Program-made: the position numbers and the translations under genes
The notes under the pieces: generated by a model
Seen by the model: the letters and a program-made list of their open reading frames with translations, nothing else
Database searches by the model: none
Told to the model about the DNA's origin: nothing
Assembly: GCA_965214835.1 (NCBI GenBank)
Contig: CBDCCK010000002.1
Location: 96,001-160,000 of the forward strand
Source of the DNA: Nitrosopumilaceae archaeon
GTDB lineage: Archaea; Thermoproteota; Nitrososphaeria; Nitrososphaerales; Nitrosopumilaceae
Direction: 5' to 3'
DNA length: 64,000 bases
Part shown: one piece after another, positions 1-8,901 of the stretch
Layout of the letters: the number at the start of each line of letters is the position of its first letter
How positions within the stretch are numbered: position 1 is the stretch's first letter

Positions 1-235
1 CACCCCCACGTGAGTGGAGCGCCTCGCCGACCTCATAGTCTATCATCTCCTCAAATCCCTGGCCGTACTCGCCAAGGACGGCATCAGGCAGCTTTTTCCT
101 GAGGCGGTCAAACACCTTCAGGACTTGCTCTTGCGAAGGCTCCTGGTTTGTTCCGTCGCACGTCATGCGCTCATGGACATCCTGCCACGTAAGCGTCAGG
201 ATTGGTACTGGTTCTGGCATGTTTTCATAATTCAT
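1..235 (-). CDS. Hypothetical protein (3' end runs off the window), paralogue of 3803..4108
   Basis: Reads MNYENMPEPVPILTLTWQDV..., nearly identical to the ENMPEPVPVLVLTWQDV segment of 3803..4108; GGAGG-like RBS upstream. Confidence 0.6.
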   Translation of the reverse strand, partial: MNYENMPEPVPILTLTWQDVHERMTCDGTNQEPSQEQVLKVFDRLRKKLPDAVLGEYGQGFEEMIDYEVGEALHSRGG

Positions 236-326
236 TTTCTTCCTCCATTGGTTTTTTCTGCGGGGATGATCCCGCCGGTGCCATGCTGGTGGCACATAGT
301 CTGACAGGGACAGTTGTCGGACCCCG

Positions 327-584
327 TCATGGTGGCGCGGTCTCCTCTATCTCGGCTATGCGCATATGGCCTGCCTGCCCGTTGCCAATGCACATCAGGC
401 AGCATCCGTTCGGATGCTGGCCTGTGTCAGTCGCACCAATTGTGGGCGCATGGGCGGCAGGGTATATCTTTACAGTGACATAGTCGCAGCTGTCGCATCT
501 TGAGGTTGCCAAAAGGTTTGATGCAGGCCGGACTCTGCAGTCACGCGGTCCGGGAACATGGCAGTCGACTTTTTTCCCGGCCAT
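327..584 (-). CDS. Small Cys-rich hypothetical protein
   Basis: CDSC and CLMC motifs; part of a chain of abutting minus-strand ORFs. Confidence 0.45.
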   Translation of the reverse strand: MAGKKVDCHVPGPRDCRVRPASNLLATSRCDSCDYVTVKIYPAAHAPTIGATDTGQHPNGCCLMCIGNGQAGHMRIAEIEETAPP

Positions 585-763
585 CAGTCGAACTTGTCTC
601 CTGCGTCGCTTGCCAGATCCGCGATCATCTCTGCCGCGTCTGCAATCCGCAGGGCCTGGACCCTGACGGCCCCGGGATCCGCGTCCTCCTTGAGTTTTTT
701 CAGGTGTGACTCGATCTCCCCGATCTTCTCTGTCAGGTGCCTGTCATAATACTCCTTTTTCAT
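584..763 (-). CDS. Small coiled-coil hypothetical protein
   Basis: MKKEYYDRHL start overlaps the stop of 760..1005 (ATGA). Confidence 0.5.
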   Translation of the reverse strand: MKKEYYDRHLTEKIGEIESHLKKLKEDADPGAVRVQALRIADAAEMIADLASDAGDKFD

Positions 764-1005
764 CGGCTGCCGGCCTCCTGGTACACATAGACGGCGCTGC
801 CGATGACGGCATCGTGCGCCTTGCCTGTCTTTGCGTACTCTGAGCAGTACATGTCGATGTTCCGGTATCCGGGTATCTTCTCCGGGAACGGCGTGTCCGA
901 GTCGCGGCGCATCTGGTGCCTGACAAACACCTTGCCCCACAGCAGCTCGATCCTGGCGTCTGGAAACGCCTTGGAGAACGCCGCCATACATTTTTTTGAA
1001 TCCAT
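760..1005 (-). CDS. Hypothetical protein, paralogue of 3516..3806
   Basis: AAFSKAFPDARIE resembles AAFARAYPNARIS; translationally coupled to neighbours. Confidence 0.55.
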   Translation of the reverse strand: MDSKKCMAAFSKAFPDARIELLWGKVFVRHQMRRDSDTPFPEKIPGYRNIDMYCSEYAKTGKAHDAVIGSAVYVYQEAGSR

Positions 1006-1343
1006 CAGTATCCGGCCTCAGTCATCATCGGCGGATCCCTCGATTCCGAATCCTCTTCTGCCGCATCTTCCTCGACCCTTTCGCTGAAAAACCTTCCAGC
1101 CCAGATTGAATCTGGAACGAGTTTGTATTCCAGTTCAATCCCGTTGGCATTCCACTGAATTGCCGGACATTCGTAGCAGTGTATTGTCTTTGCAGCAAAG
1201 CAATTACGTTTATGCACCTGTACCTGTACATTCCCGTTCCTCGCAATGAAGATCTCAAAGTGTTTTCTGCCCAGCATTTCGTTGAACTCCCTTTCGAATA
1301 CCTTCTTGATCACTGCACGATCTGTTTCAACCAGTGAGGCCAT
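1005..1343 (-). CDS. Hypothetical protein with acidic tail
   Basis: Start and stop overlap neighbouring ORFs on both sides. Confidence 0.55.
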   Translation of the reverse strand: MASLVETDRAVIKKVFEREFNEMLGRKHFEIFIARNGNVQVQVHKRNCFAAKTIHCYECPAIQWNANGIELEYKLVPDSIWAGRFFSERVEEDAAEEDSESRDPPMMTEAGY

Positions 1344-1588
1344 TAAGAGTCGGCCTCCCTGATTCCAAATGCAGCAAGTCCGGCCTCTACCTCCTCGGCT
1401 GCCTCTTCTGCCTCAAACATGGTGATCGCCTCCAGGGTCAGCTCCTCTGCGTTCTTGCCGCACTTTATGCGGTCCCGGATCAGGACGTCGTGTGCCGACT
1501 TGCCGCCGGGGGTTTTCGGCTTTTGGAGCCGCTCCCAAAAGTCGACGCCCTTTCTGACTATAATCTCCGAGTCGATAACGAAGATCAT
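1343..1588 (-). CDS. Hypothetical protein
   Basis: MIFVIDSE start preceded by AAGGA; coupled to the downstream ORF. Confidence 0.5.
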   Translation of the reverse strand: MIFVIDSEIIVRKGVDFWERLQKPKTPGGKSAHDVLIRDRIKCGKNAEELTLEAITMFEAEEAAEEVEAGLAAFGIREADS

Positions 1589-1892
1589 GTCCTTGTTATA
1601 CTGCGTGAGGCGGCTCAATCCGTGTCGTCCCCGGCGTAGGAGAGGGTCACCACGTCCCCGGACTTGGAATTGCAAATCCCGGACAGCGTGTATGACCGTG
1701 CGCCGCGACGCACGCGGTACGGGATGTCGCGGATCTCGATTTCCGGGATTGTGACATCCACGGAGCTGCCGACGACATACACGCCTGACACGAAGCATCC
1801 GAACGATCTGCGAAAGAGACCCTTGACACCCTTCAGGTAGTCGTATCTCTCTTGCAAAACGTCGCCAATGCCTGGCAGTGCCGGCTGGACGC

Positions 1893-2366
1893 TCAATTCG
1901 CGTTCCCGGCTGCCGGTATCGGGTCTGCCACCTTCGGCAGGATTATGCCTGCGCTCTTTAGAAGGAACGCGGCAGGCCCGTAGCCTGACAGATGGCAAGT
2001 CATGCCAGGCGGCAGCCCCACGATTACGGCCCGAAGCCTGTTACAGGCATCGGCACTCCATGAGTATCTGGTGCGCCTGCCACGTGTGATGACGCGGCAG
2101 TCATCCTCTGATATGCAGGCCGGAATCATATGGTTGATGCGGCTTTTGGCGGCATCCAGTATGATCTGGTAGGCAGTCTCCGTCGGATCGGCATTGTCCA
2201 GCGAGCGAAAGGTGTCATTCTCCGCATGCAGTTTCTCTGCCAGATCAAACGCCGTCAATCCGGCCTCCTTGACGGCCCCCAGGGCCTCATTTACATCCTC
2301 TGGATCCCACGCGGGGTGGAACCATCCGTAAAAGTCCTCGATGTCCTGTTCTGATATCTCGTTCAT
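1893..2366 (-). CDS. Hypothetical protein
   Basis: MNEISEQ start preceded by GGAGGG; globular-looking composition. Confidence 0.55.
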   Translation of the reverse strand: MNEISEQDIEDFYGWFHPAWDPEDVNEALGAVKEAGLTAFDLAEKLHAENDTFRSLDNADPTETAYQIILDAAKSRINHMIPACISEDDCRVITRGRRTRYSWSADACNRLRAVIVGLPPGMTCHLSGYGPAAFLLKSAGIILPKVADPIPAAGNAN

Positions 2367-2797
2367 TTTATCCCTCCAATGGTGGGTGGTTGTCACACAG
2401 ATGCAGTTCCGGTCTGTCGCCGGTGGCGCATCCGTGTCCTGCTTCCTTGGCATTCTCATGGCTGCTCCACGCCCTCCTGAGCCTGCCGATAAGCGACAGC
2501 TCAAGCCTGATTACGCCCCTCAAGGAGGCGTTGAGCATGGCAAGCTCCTGGTCCGAGGAGCAGACAGCCATCTCGCTGAGAATGCGGGTGCGCCGCCTGT
2601 ACGCGTCATATAGGCGCCCAAGCAGCTTTACGTTATCTGCCAGGAGATGGCGGCGTGGGTTGTGCGTCTCGCGGACGCAGGCAGATGACGCGCTCAATCC
2701 TGGCTGTTCCTGGTCATCGCTGTGACAAGGCACGTCTCCCTCTGGAACATCTCAAGGATACGCGCGTTGTGTCCTGCCAGCTCCTCATCGGCCAGCC

Positions 2798-3256
2798 TCA
2801 TGATGATCCCTCCAGCTGGCGCGAGTCATAGTCGGTATGGGTATTGACCTTGTAGGCCGTCCATTCCAGGTATTTTCTGCTCATCTTTGTCTCCTCGCCC
2901 ACGAGCCGGGCTGCCAGCTCGGCTGCCATGGAGGCGGGATTATCCGGCATGCGTAACAGTCCTGCCCACTCGGCCAGGCCGGATTTTGCGTCCAGGCCGG
3001 CACGGGTCAGATCCCCCTCGATCTTTTTGAGCCGGGAGTATCCGTCAGGATGTATAGAGCGGTGCAGAATGTCCCAGACGGCATACATGTATGCATTTGT
3101 ATCGGCCTGCCTTGCGGCAGACGTGCCAGTGCCATTGATGCCTCCGGCCTTTTTTCGGCCGGATGGCCGCCTGCTGCAGGGACAGCCGCCGTTTCCGGGG
3201 CCTCCTGACATGTTCTCCAGGGCGTCATGAATCCCGCATATGTCGTGGCCGCTCAA
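2798..3256 (-). CDS. Hypothetical protein
   Basis: ATGA overlap with 3253..3519. Confidence 0.5.
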   Translation of the reverse strand: MSGHDICGIHDALENMSGGPGNGGCPCSRRPSGRKKAGGINGTGTSAARQADTNAYMYAVWDILHRSIHPDGYSRLKKIEGDLTRAGLDAKSGLAEWAGLLRMPDNPASMAAELAARLVGEETKMSRKYLEWTAYKVNTHTDYDSRQLEGSS

Positions 3257-3519
3257 TTCAGGACCTCCTGCAGCGTGTTGCCGATCACGTCAAGCTCAAG
3301 GCGGGCATTCCGGATGATGCAGTCGCATTCACCGCACTTCCAGACGAGTCTGGGGGAAGGCTCGCCTTCATTCAGCGGACCAATCTCCAGCTTTGCACTG
3401 ACGTTTCTGCCGCAGCCCGCGCAGTGCCGTGTTCTTACCGTATCCCCGGGGACATTGAGCGTCCTTTTCAGGGATCCGCCGGTGCCGTCAGTCGCGTATC
3501 CCCTTATCGTGCCAGTCAA
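3253..3519 (-). CDS. Zinc-ribbon protein
   Basis: CAGC...CGEC pair; ATGA overlaps at both ends. Confidence 0.55.
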   Translation of the reverse strand: MTGTIRGYATDGTGGSLKRTLNVPGDTVRTRHCAGCGRNVSAKLEIGPLNEGEPSPRLVWKCGECDCIIRNARLELDVIGNTLQEVLN

Positions 3520-3806
3520 GGCTTTTTCGCCTTCTTGTAGATGATGTACGCCTTTGGTCCGGCAGAGTCCACGGCGTAGATGCGCCAGCCCGGTATTCCG
3601 TCAGGCACGCGTATGGACGCGGCCGAAACGGTGACGGTATCCTCGTTGATCATGGAGATCCTGGCATTCGGATATGCCCTGGCAAAGGCGGCCTCCGTCT
3701 CTTTCCTGCCGGCAGTTGCATGGCCTATACCGATAGTGGCAAGATATGCCCTGGCAAAGGCGGCCTCCGTATGCCTCCGGTGTTCCTCTGTTTGTGTCAT
3801 GCTCAT
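3516..3806 (-). CDS. Hypothetical protein with internal TEAAFARAY repeat
   Basis: Motif duplicated within the ORF; paralogue at 760..1005. Confidence 0.55.
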   Translation of the reverse strand: MSMTQTEEHRRHTEAAFARAYLATIGIGHATAGRKETEAAFARAYPNARISMINEDTVTVSAASIRVPDGIPGWRIYAVDSAGPKAYIIYKKAKKP

Positions 3807-4108
3807 TCTGATTCCTCCTCATGTGTGGTTGCATATGTCGCGGGCATCTCACAGGACATGGCCCCATCAAAGTCAGACCAATACTCCTGCAGAAACGACT
3901 TTGGAAGCCTCCGCTTGAGGTGGTCAAACACGGTTATGACCTCCTCGCGCGTCGGCATCCCACCGCCTGTCTTGTGGCGCCTTATCTGATCGTAGACGTC
4001 CTGCCAGGTCAGCACCAGGACTGGTACCGGTTCAGGCATGTTCTCAAAGTTTTTCATGTCTTGTGGCTCCTCCACGGAATGTGGTGATCCTTCGGCATGC
4101 ATGCTCAT
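3803..4108 (-). CDS. Hypothetical protein
   Basis: Paralogue at 1..235; ATGA overlaps. Confidence 0.6.
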   Translation of the reverse strand: MSMHAEGSPHSVEEPQDMKNFENMPEPVPVLVLTWQDVYDQIRRHKTGGGMPTREEVITVFDHLKRRLPKSFLQEYWSDFDGAMSCEMPATYATTHEEESE

Positions 4109-4356
4109 TTTCCGGCCTCCCCAGCTTTTTGGGAAAGCGACTGCCTTTCTGCAAGATCAAGGTCGGCCTGCAGGACGTACTCCCGCAGGACGGGGTGGCG
4201 ATCGTGCGCCTTGAGGCGCGCAGCACAGCCCGGATGGGAGCACGTAAGGAGGTGCTCTGCGTTGCGCAGCCGCTGCGCGTCGCTCTGATCCTTGCTGAAT
4301 CTGCCGCCCTCGGCAAGCAGATGCTCCCAGACCGTGCATTCTTTGGTGCCGCTCAT
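4105..4356 (-). CDS. Small hypothetical protein
   Basis: ATGA overlaps on both sides. Confidence 0.5.
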   Translation of the reverse strand: MSGTKECTVWEHLLAEGGRFSKDQSDAQRLRNAEHLLTCSHPGCAARLKAHDRHPVLREYVLQADLDLAERQSLSQKAGEAGK

Positions 4357-4739
4357 TTTTCCACGACCTCCCAGGCTGCAAAGTCGTTTACGGTATCGGC
4401 GACTATCAGATCTTCACGCTGCCGTAATTCTTGGTCGCCGCGCAGGGCTGTAACACAGCTGTTGAAGATGTGTGCGAGCTCAGCCTTGGTCGGCTCGCGG
4501 TGCAGTGCATCGGCAAGCGCGAGACGGATGCTCTCTGGATCCAGTACTCGGATCTGTGTTATTTCCAGGGTAATCGGTCGTCTGCCTCCGGCCAGGAATG
4601 AATCCCCGGCAATCTCGGCAGCATCGATGTCGTACCTGCCACTGGACAGCAGATCACTGGCATTCGAACACGCCTCCTCCCAGGTATCGGCAAGGATGTC
4701 CGGAAGGTCGATAGTAACTTCCCATTTTTTCTGGCTCAT
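4353..4739 (-). CDS. Hypothetical protein
   Basis: MSQKKWEV start overlaps the stop of 4736..5050. Confidence 0.55.
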   Translation of the reverse strand: MSQKKWEVTIDLPDILADTWEEACSNASDLLSSGRYDIDAAEIAGDSFLAGGRRPITLEITQIRVLDPESIRLALADALHREPTKAELAHIFNSCVTALRGDQELRQREDLIVADTVNDFAAWEVVEK

Positions 4740-5050
4740 TGTATCAGCTCCGTTGATACTGTTCTTACAGGTACTGGCACGTGTGGCCGCAGACCTGATC
4801 CTCCGGCAACTGCCGGAATGCCGCATATCTGGCCGGAGTGGTCCCGGACAAGCTCGGCGTCTTCTGGGACAAGCTGTCCCAGCATGCAGCCGTACACCTG
4901 GTTGTCATATCTGACAAAGAGCGCGGCCGTGTTCTTTTGCAGGGCCTTCTCCTTTAGTAGGGAGCCGGCCATAACTTTCCTGACAGTCTGCGGGATCGCA
5001 GTGCCGTCCAGGAATTTTCCGTTGTATTTTGCTACTGTTTTCTGCCCCAT
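4736..5050 (-). CDS. QKTV-family hypothetical protein, copy 1 (short)
   Basis: About 85-aa N-terminus nearly identical to 8247..8894 and similar to 11589..12401; AAGGAG RBS. Confidence 0.6.
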   Translation of the reverse strand: MGQKTVAKYNGKFLDGTAIPQTVRKVMAGSLLKEKALQKNTAALFVRYDNQVYGCMLGQLVPEDAELVRDHSGQICGIPAVAGGSGLRPHVPVPVRTVSTELIQ

Positions 5051-5099
5051 AACATCCTCTCCTTGTAGTCTATAAAAGCATCCTGTCCCTGCGACCATC

Positions 5100-7247
5100 T
5101 CATGATGATGATGCAGATGACAGCTTCCGGTCAAGCCCGGCCAGTATGTTCCCGATGGCGACATGATTGTTCTTTGCGTCAAGTATGGCAGCGTAGGCCT
5201 CCCTGATGTCCGCATTCGATATCGACTCGTATGCGTCAGACACCGAAAGCATGTGCCTTGTCACGCTGCCGCCATCCATCGCATCACCCCACATCCTTTT
5301 CAGAAGCGGGGGGCTACCGTCGGCAAGGTCGTCGACGCACAGTCTGTCGAGGAGCCTGCCGGCTGCCACGCACAGCTCAAGCGGGTGCGACCCAAGGTCG
5401 ACCAGTATCTTCCCGTCGGGGATCCGGAGATCCCCGCATTCTTCGAGGGAGACCTCGTCGAGTACGACGACCTCAAGGCCGGTCTGAGCGATATCCCATC
5501 CGGACATGACGCCAAGGCTGGTATTGTACAGTATCCTGCCGCACATCCTCCTGAACGCATCCAGGGTGATTGCGCGGGGAGGGGGGCTGTTGCGCACGCA
5601 CATTCTGTATTTTTCGCCATAGCTTGCGTCGAAAAACGGCGTTTTTCTGAAGTAGTCGAACCTGTGTGAAGAGTGTGGATAGCGGGTGTAATGGCTCTCC
5701 CATATCGATGACAGCATCTTCATCTCGTCATTTGTGACGCAGATGACGCCGTCATCCACGTCTCTCTCGTACTTGTCGCAAAGCTTGGCGCCCATCATGG
5801 AATACATCACTATCCTTCTTCCACCGCTAGCCGAAGGCTTTAGGCCGTGACGCCTGATATAGCCGTCAATGGTCTCAATCCCAGAGCCTGCAACGAGCGG
5901 ATCGTCTACGATTCCTGCGTCGTCCGGACGGAAGACGCGGACGTCAGGAGAGTGCTTGTAGACCGCAACAAGCTTGATGCGGCTCGGATTTTTTGCGAGC
6001 AGCAGGCGCCACTGGTGGCCGCCACGATCCATTAGATCCCCGAGACGGCAGGAGGTGCCGTCGACAACCCCGCCCTCGCACAGGACAATCTCCGAGTACC
6101 GGCGGTTGTGTCCCGGGATGTCAATGCCCTGGTCCACTGCCAGGTCAAGAATGCAGTTTTCAGGGCGGTTTATGTGCTCCCTGAAGGATGGGGCGGCCAT
6201 CGAGGACAGCTTTTCTGTGATCATAGAGTCGATGTGCCTGTCAATTCTCATGCCGGTATCTGCAGGAAACCCGTCCCTGTTTGGCAGCGGTCGAAACCTG
6301 CGCTCGTCCTTGACGTGCACTACCATGTCGCCTGCTATGTGCTCAAACGCGCCGGCATACGTGTAGTTGATCGGCATTCGCGCAAGAAACGACGCGACTG
6401 ATGATACGGGACGTCCGGCATCGGCTGCCACCTCGATCAGGTCGTCAGACATGTGAAGCAGCGGCCGCAGTTCAAGCCGTGAATTTGCAGGCGCCCTGCC
6501 GGAAGGACGCGCCATCTCCAGGACCGAGCTTGGCTGCGTGCACATATCAGACAGTATGTTTCCTGACGCGCCAGCCACGGTAATACTCGTTGCGACGCCG
6601 CTGAGCGCGGCGCAGTGGCCTATATACGACTCGAGGGGCTCCCCGACAGCATCAGAACGCATTGTCATCGTGATGCGCGTGCCGTACGAGTCAAGATCTG
6701 CAGGAGCATCCAGGATCTCAAAGCCGAGCCCGCCCTTTCCCATTACTCCGTATTTCTCGCCGGTCTCGCGGGAATACGTCTCGACGATACACACGTCTGA
6801 TATGGTCATGTAGCTGGCAAAGCCCATGCCGAACTGGCCTGACTCTTCCCCGTCAAAGTTGTCGCTGCGGCCCAGCACGGACACCACCTCAAGGAAGCGC
6901 TCCTGGGATATACCCATCGAGTCCACACCGTGTATTACCAACTGGCGGGTCTGCTCGTTTATACTAATATGTATCTCGGGACTGGCGCCGTGCTCTTTTT
7001 TTGCGGTCCGGCAGGCGCGCGCCTCGTTTGCATACATCTCGCGTATTCCGGACAGCGGGCCCGTGTACAGGTCGCGTGAGACGCGCTGTATCATGACGTC
7101 GTGCTCCATGCGGACCGGTATGAGCCCCGTCTTTGGATTTACGGCGCCTGCAAGCCTTTTGGCATGCGAGGAGTCAACGCCAGCAACACATGCGGACTCG
7201 GCGGCAATTACGGGCTTTGATATCCTGATGCCGCTCATTGCCTGCAT
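5100..7247 (-). CDS. HtpG/Hsp90-like GHKL ATPase-domain protein
   Basis: IREMYANEARA (N box), DSMGIS (G1), GQFGMGFASY (G2), GTRI (G3). Confidence 0.8.
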   Translation of the reverse strand: MQAMSGIRISKPVIAAESACVAGVDSSHAKRLAGAVNPKTGLIPVRMEHDVMIQRVSRDLYTGPLSGIREMYANEARACRTAKKEHGASPEIHISINEQTRQLVIHGVDSMGISQERFLEVVSVLGRSDNFDGEESGQFGMGFASYMTISDVCIVETYSRETGEKYGVMGKGGLGFEILDAPADLDSYGTRITMTMRSDAVGEPLESYIGHCAALSGVATSITVAGASGNILSDMCTQPSSVLEMARPSGRAPANSRLELRPLLHMSDDLIEVAADAGRPVSSVASFLARMPINYTYAGAFEHIAGDMVVHVKDERRFRPLPNRDGFPADTGMRIDRHIDSMITEKLSSMAAPSFREHINRPENCILDLAVDQGIDIPGHNRRYSEIVLCEGGVVDGTSCRLGDLMDRGGHQWRLLLAKNPSRIKLVAVYKHSPDVRVFRPDDAGIVDDPLVAGSGIETIDGYIRRHGLKPSASGGRRIVMYSMMGAKLCDKYERDVDDGVICVTNDEMKMLSSIWESHYTRYPHSSHRFDYFRKTPFFDASYGEKYRMCVRNSPPPRAITLDAFRRMCGRILYNTSLGVMSGWDIAQTGLEVVVLDEVSLEECGDLRIPDGKILVDLGSHPLELCVAAGRLLDRLCVDDLADGSPPLLKRMWGDAMDGGSVTRHMLSVSDAYESISNADIREAYAAILDAKNNHVAIGNILAGLDRKLSSASSS

Positions 7248-7254
7248 CCGGGTC

Positions 7255-7740
7255 TCACAGCTTTTTCCGGGAGGAGGCCGCCTCTTCGAACTCCTTTTTG
7301 CGCCGGGACGCGCCGTCTGCTACAAACCCGCAGCTCTCGGCGCATGCCTTCATGATCCTCACAAAGTCCTCGCCGTGGACGGTAAGCTCGCCGGTCGAGT
7401 ATACAATGCATGCTATCTCGTAGCTTACGGATCCTTCTATCATCAGGTACGCAAGGGCGATATCCTGAGAAAAGTCCGAACCGCAGGCAGTCAGCGCCAG
7501 ATAGTGCGCCTCGTCATTGAGGTTGTACACTACAGTCAGGTTTGTCCTCTCGTGTATGAGGGATATCGTCTTGCCGTCAGGCTTGTCTACCAGCCGGTAG
7601 GCAGCATTGTATATGGGAATGTACTCGTCGTACAGCTCGTCAATCTGCTCGTCGGTCATCTTTGACTCCTCGTGGTTTCTGCCGGTCATCTCCCATGTCT
7701 CGCTGTCTGACCAGTCATCTACTTCTATAATACGGTTCAT
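7255..7740 (-). CDS. Hypothetical protein
   Basis: GGAGG RBS; fills the gap between two confident genes. Confidence 0.55.
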   Translation of the reverse strand: MNRIIEVDDWSDSETWEMTGRNHEESKMTDEQIDELYDEYIPIYNAAYRLVDKPDGKTISLIHERTNLTVVYNLNDEAHYLALTACGSDFSQDIALAYLMIEGSVSYEIACIVYSTGELTVHGEDFVRIMKACAESCGFVADGASRRKKEFEEAASSRKKL

Positions 7741-7771
7741 TGCATTTCCTCCATTTTTTTCATCATGCCGG

Positions 7772-8266
7772 TCATGCTATCATTCCGCGGCATCGAAGCT
7801 CCTCCCGGGACGGCTTGTGGATGTTATCCTCGGTGACGTCCCCGTTTGAGATGGTCATGCCGCCTACAAAAAAGCCGGCCTCCTCCTCAGAGTCTACTAT
7901 ACGTATGGTCACATCCGGATGGATGCGGCTCAGGTGCCTGAGGATCCCCACTGGCAGACTCCATGCGGTGACCAGGTCTGCCTGTATTTTGGTATCAGTC
8001 GAGTCGTGCATCTTGACTTCTGCGATCCACTTTGTGCCCCACTTTTCGAGCCTCCAGTCGTACCAGTTGTCATGCCCGTATTTGCTCGTGAGGGCGGCAC
8101 GATGCTCCGCCTCCTCGTCGGATTTGGGAGTCGAAAAGCCGTCTACCTCATCCAGCTCCGGCGGAGTCGGAAGTATCTTCTCAAAGTCAAGCCCGGTGGC
8201 CAGTATCTTTTCTATCTGTTCCTTGGGGCCCGTAATTTTTAGTTGGCTAAATACCCAGTTTGGCAT
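7772..8266 (-). CDS. YubB/Api92 (DUF1281)-like ferredoxin-fold protein
   Basis: MPNW...LDFEKILPTP...WYDWRLEKWGTKW...TAWSLP signature, typical of mobile elements. Confidence 0.8.
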   Translation of the reverse strand: MPNWVFSQLKITGPKEQIEKILATGLDFEKILPTPPELDEVDGFSTPKSDEEAEHRAALTSKYGHDNWYDWRLEKWGTKWIAEVKMHDSTDTKIQADLVTAWSLPVGILRHLSRIHPDVTIRIVDSEEEAGFFVGGMTISNGDVTEDNIHKPSREELRCRGMIA

Positions 8267-8894
8267 TGTTTTTTCCTCCGTTTTTGTCGTTTGCTGCCGT
8301 CTTGCGGCAGGCGCACGCGGGGATGTTGTCCTCGCGATCATAGAAGAGCTTGGTGTCGTCTCCTTCCTCGATGCGTATGGTTGCAACCCTGTAGCCGTGC
8401 AGCTCGGCGGGAATGTCGATGAACTCGATTCCATCCTGCAGCGTGACGATTACGGAATCCTCATAGGCATAGACGCGCCGTGCAGTATCGCCGAATCTCT
8501 TACGGAACGACTCTTCTGCTGCAGTCAGGAACGTCTTTGCGCCGGAGCCGCAGCGATCGCCGCCTGTGGCAGGCTCCCGTACGCAGGGTGCGCACATGGT
8601 GCCGGCGACAGCGGGTACGCACGACAGGCCGGATCCTCCGGCAACTGCCGGAATGCCGCAGACCTGGCCGGAGTTATCCCGGACAAGCTCCGCATCCTCT
8701 GGGACAAGCTGTCCCAGCATGCAGCCGTACACCCTACCGTCATATCTGACAAAGAGCGCGGCCGTGTTCTTTTGCAGGGCCTTCTCCTTTAGTAGGGAGC
8801 CGGCCATAACTTTCCTGACAGTCTGCGGGATTGCAGTGCCGTCCAGGAATTTTCCGTTGTATTTTGCTACTGTTTTCTGGTCTATGATAACCAT
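8247..8894 (-). CDS. QKTV-family hypothetical protein, copy 2
   Basis: Shared N-terminal domain; AAGGAG RBS. Confidence 0.6.
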   Translation of the reverse strand: MVIIDQKTVAKYNGKFLDGTAIPQTVRKVMAGSLLKEKALQKNTAALFVRYDGRVYGCMLGQLVPEDAELVRDNSGQVCGIPAVAGGSGLSCVPAVAGTMCAPCVREPATGGDRCGSGAKTFLTAAEESFRKRFGDTARRVYAYEDSVIVTLQDGIEFIDIPAELHGYRVATIRIEEGDDTKLFYDREDNIPACACRKTAANDKNGGKNNAKLGI

Positions 8895-8901
8895 CTCCTT
8901 A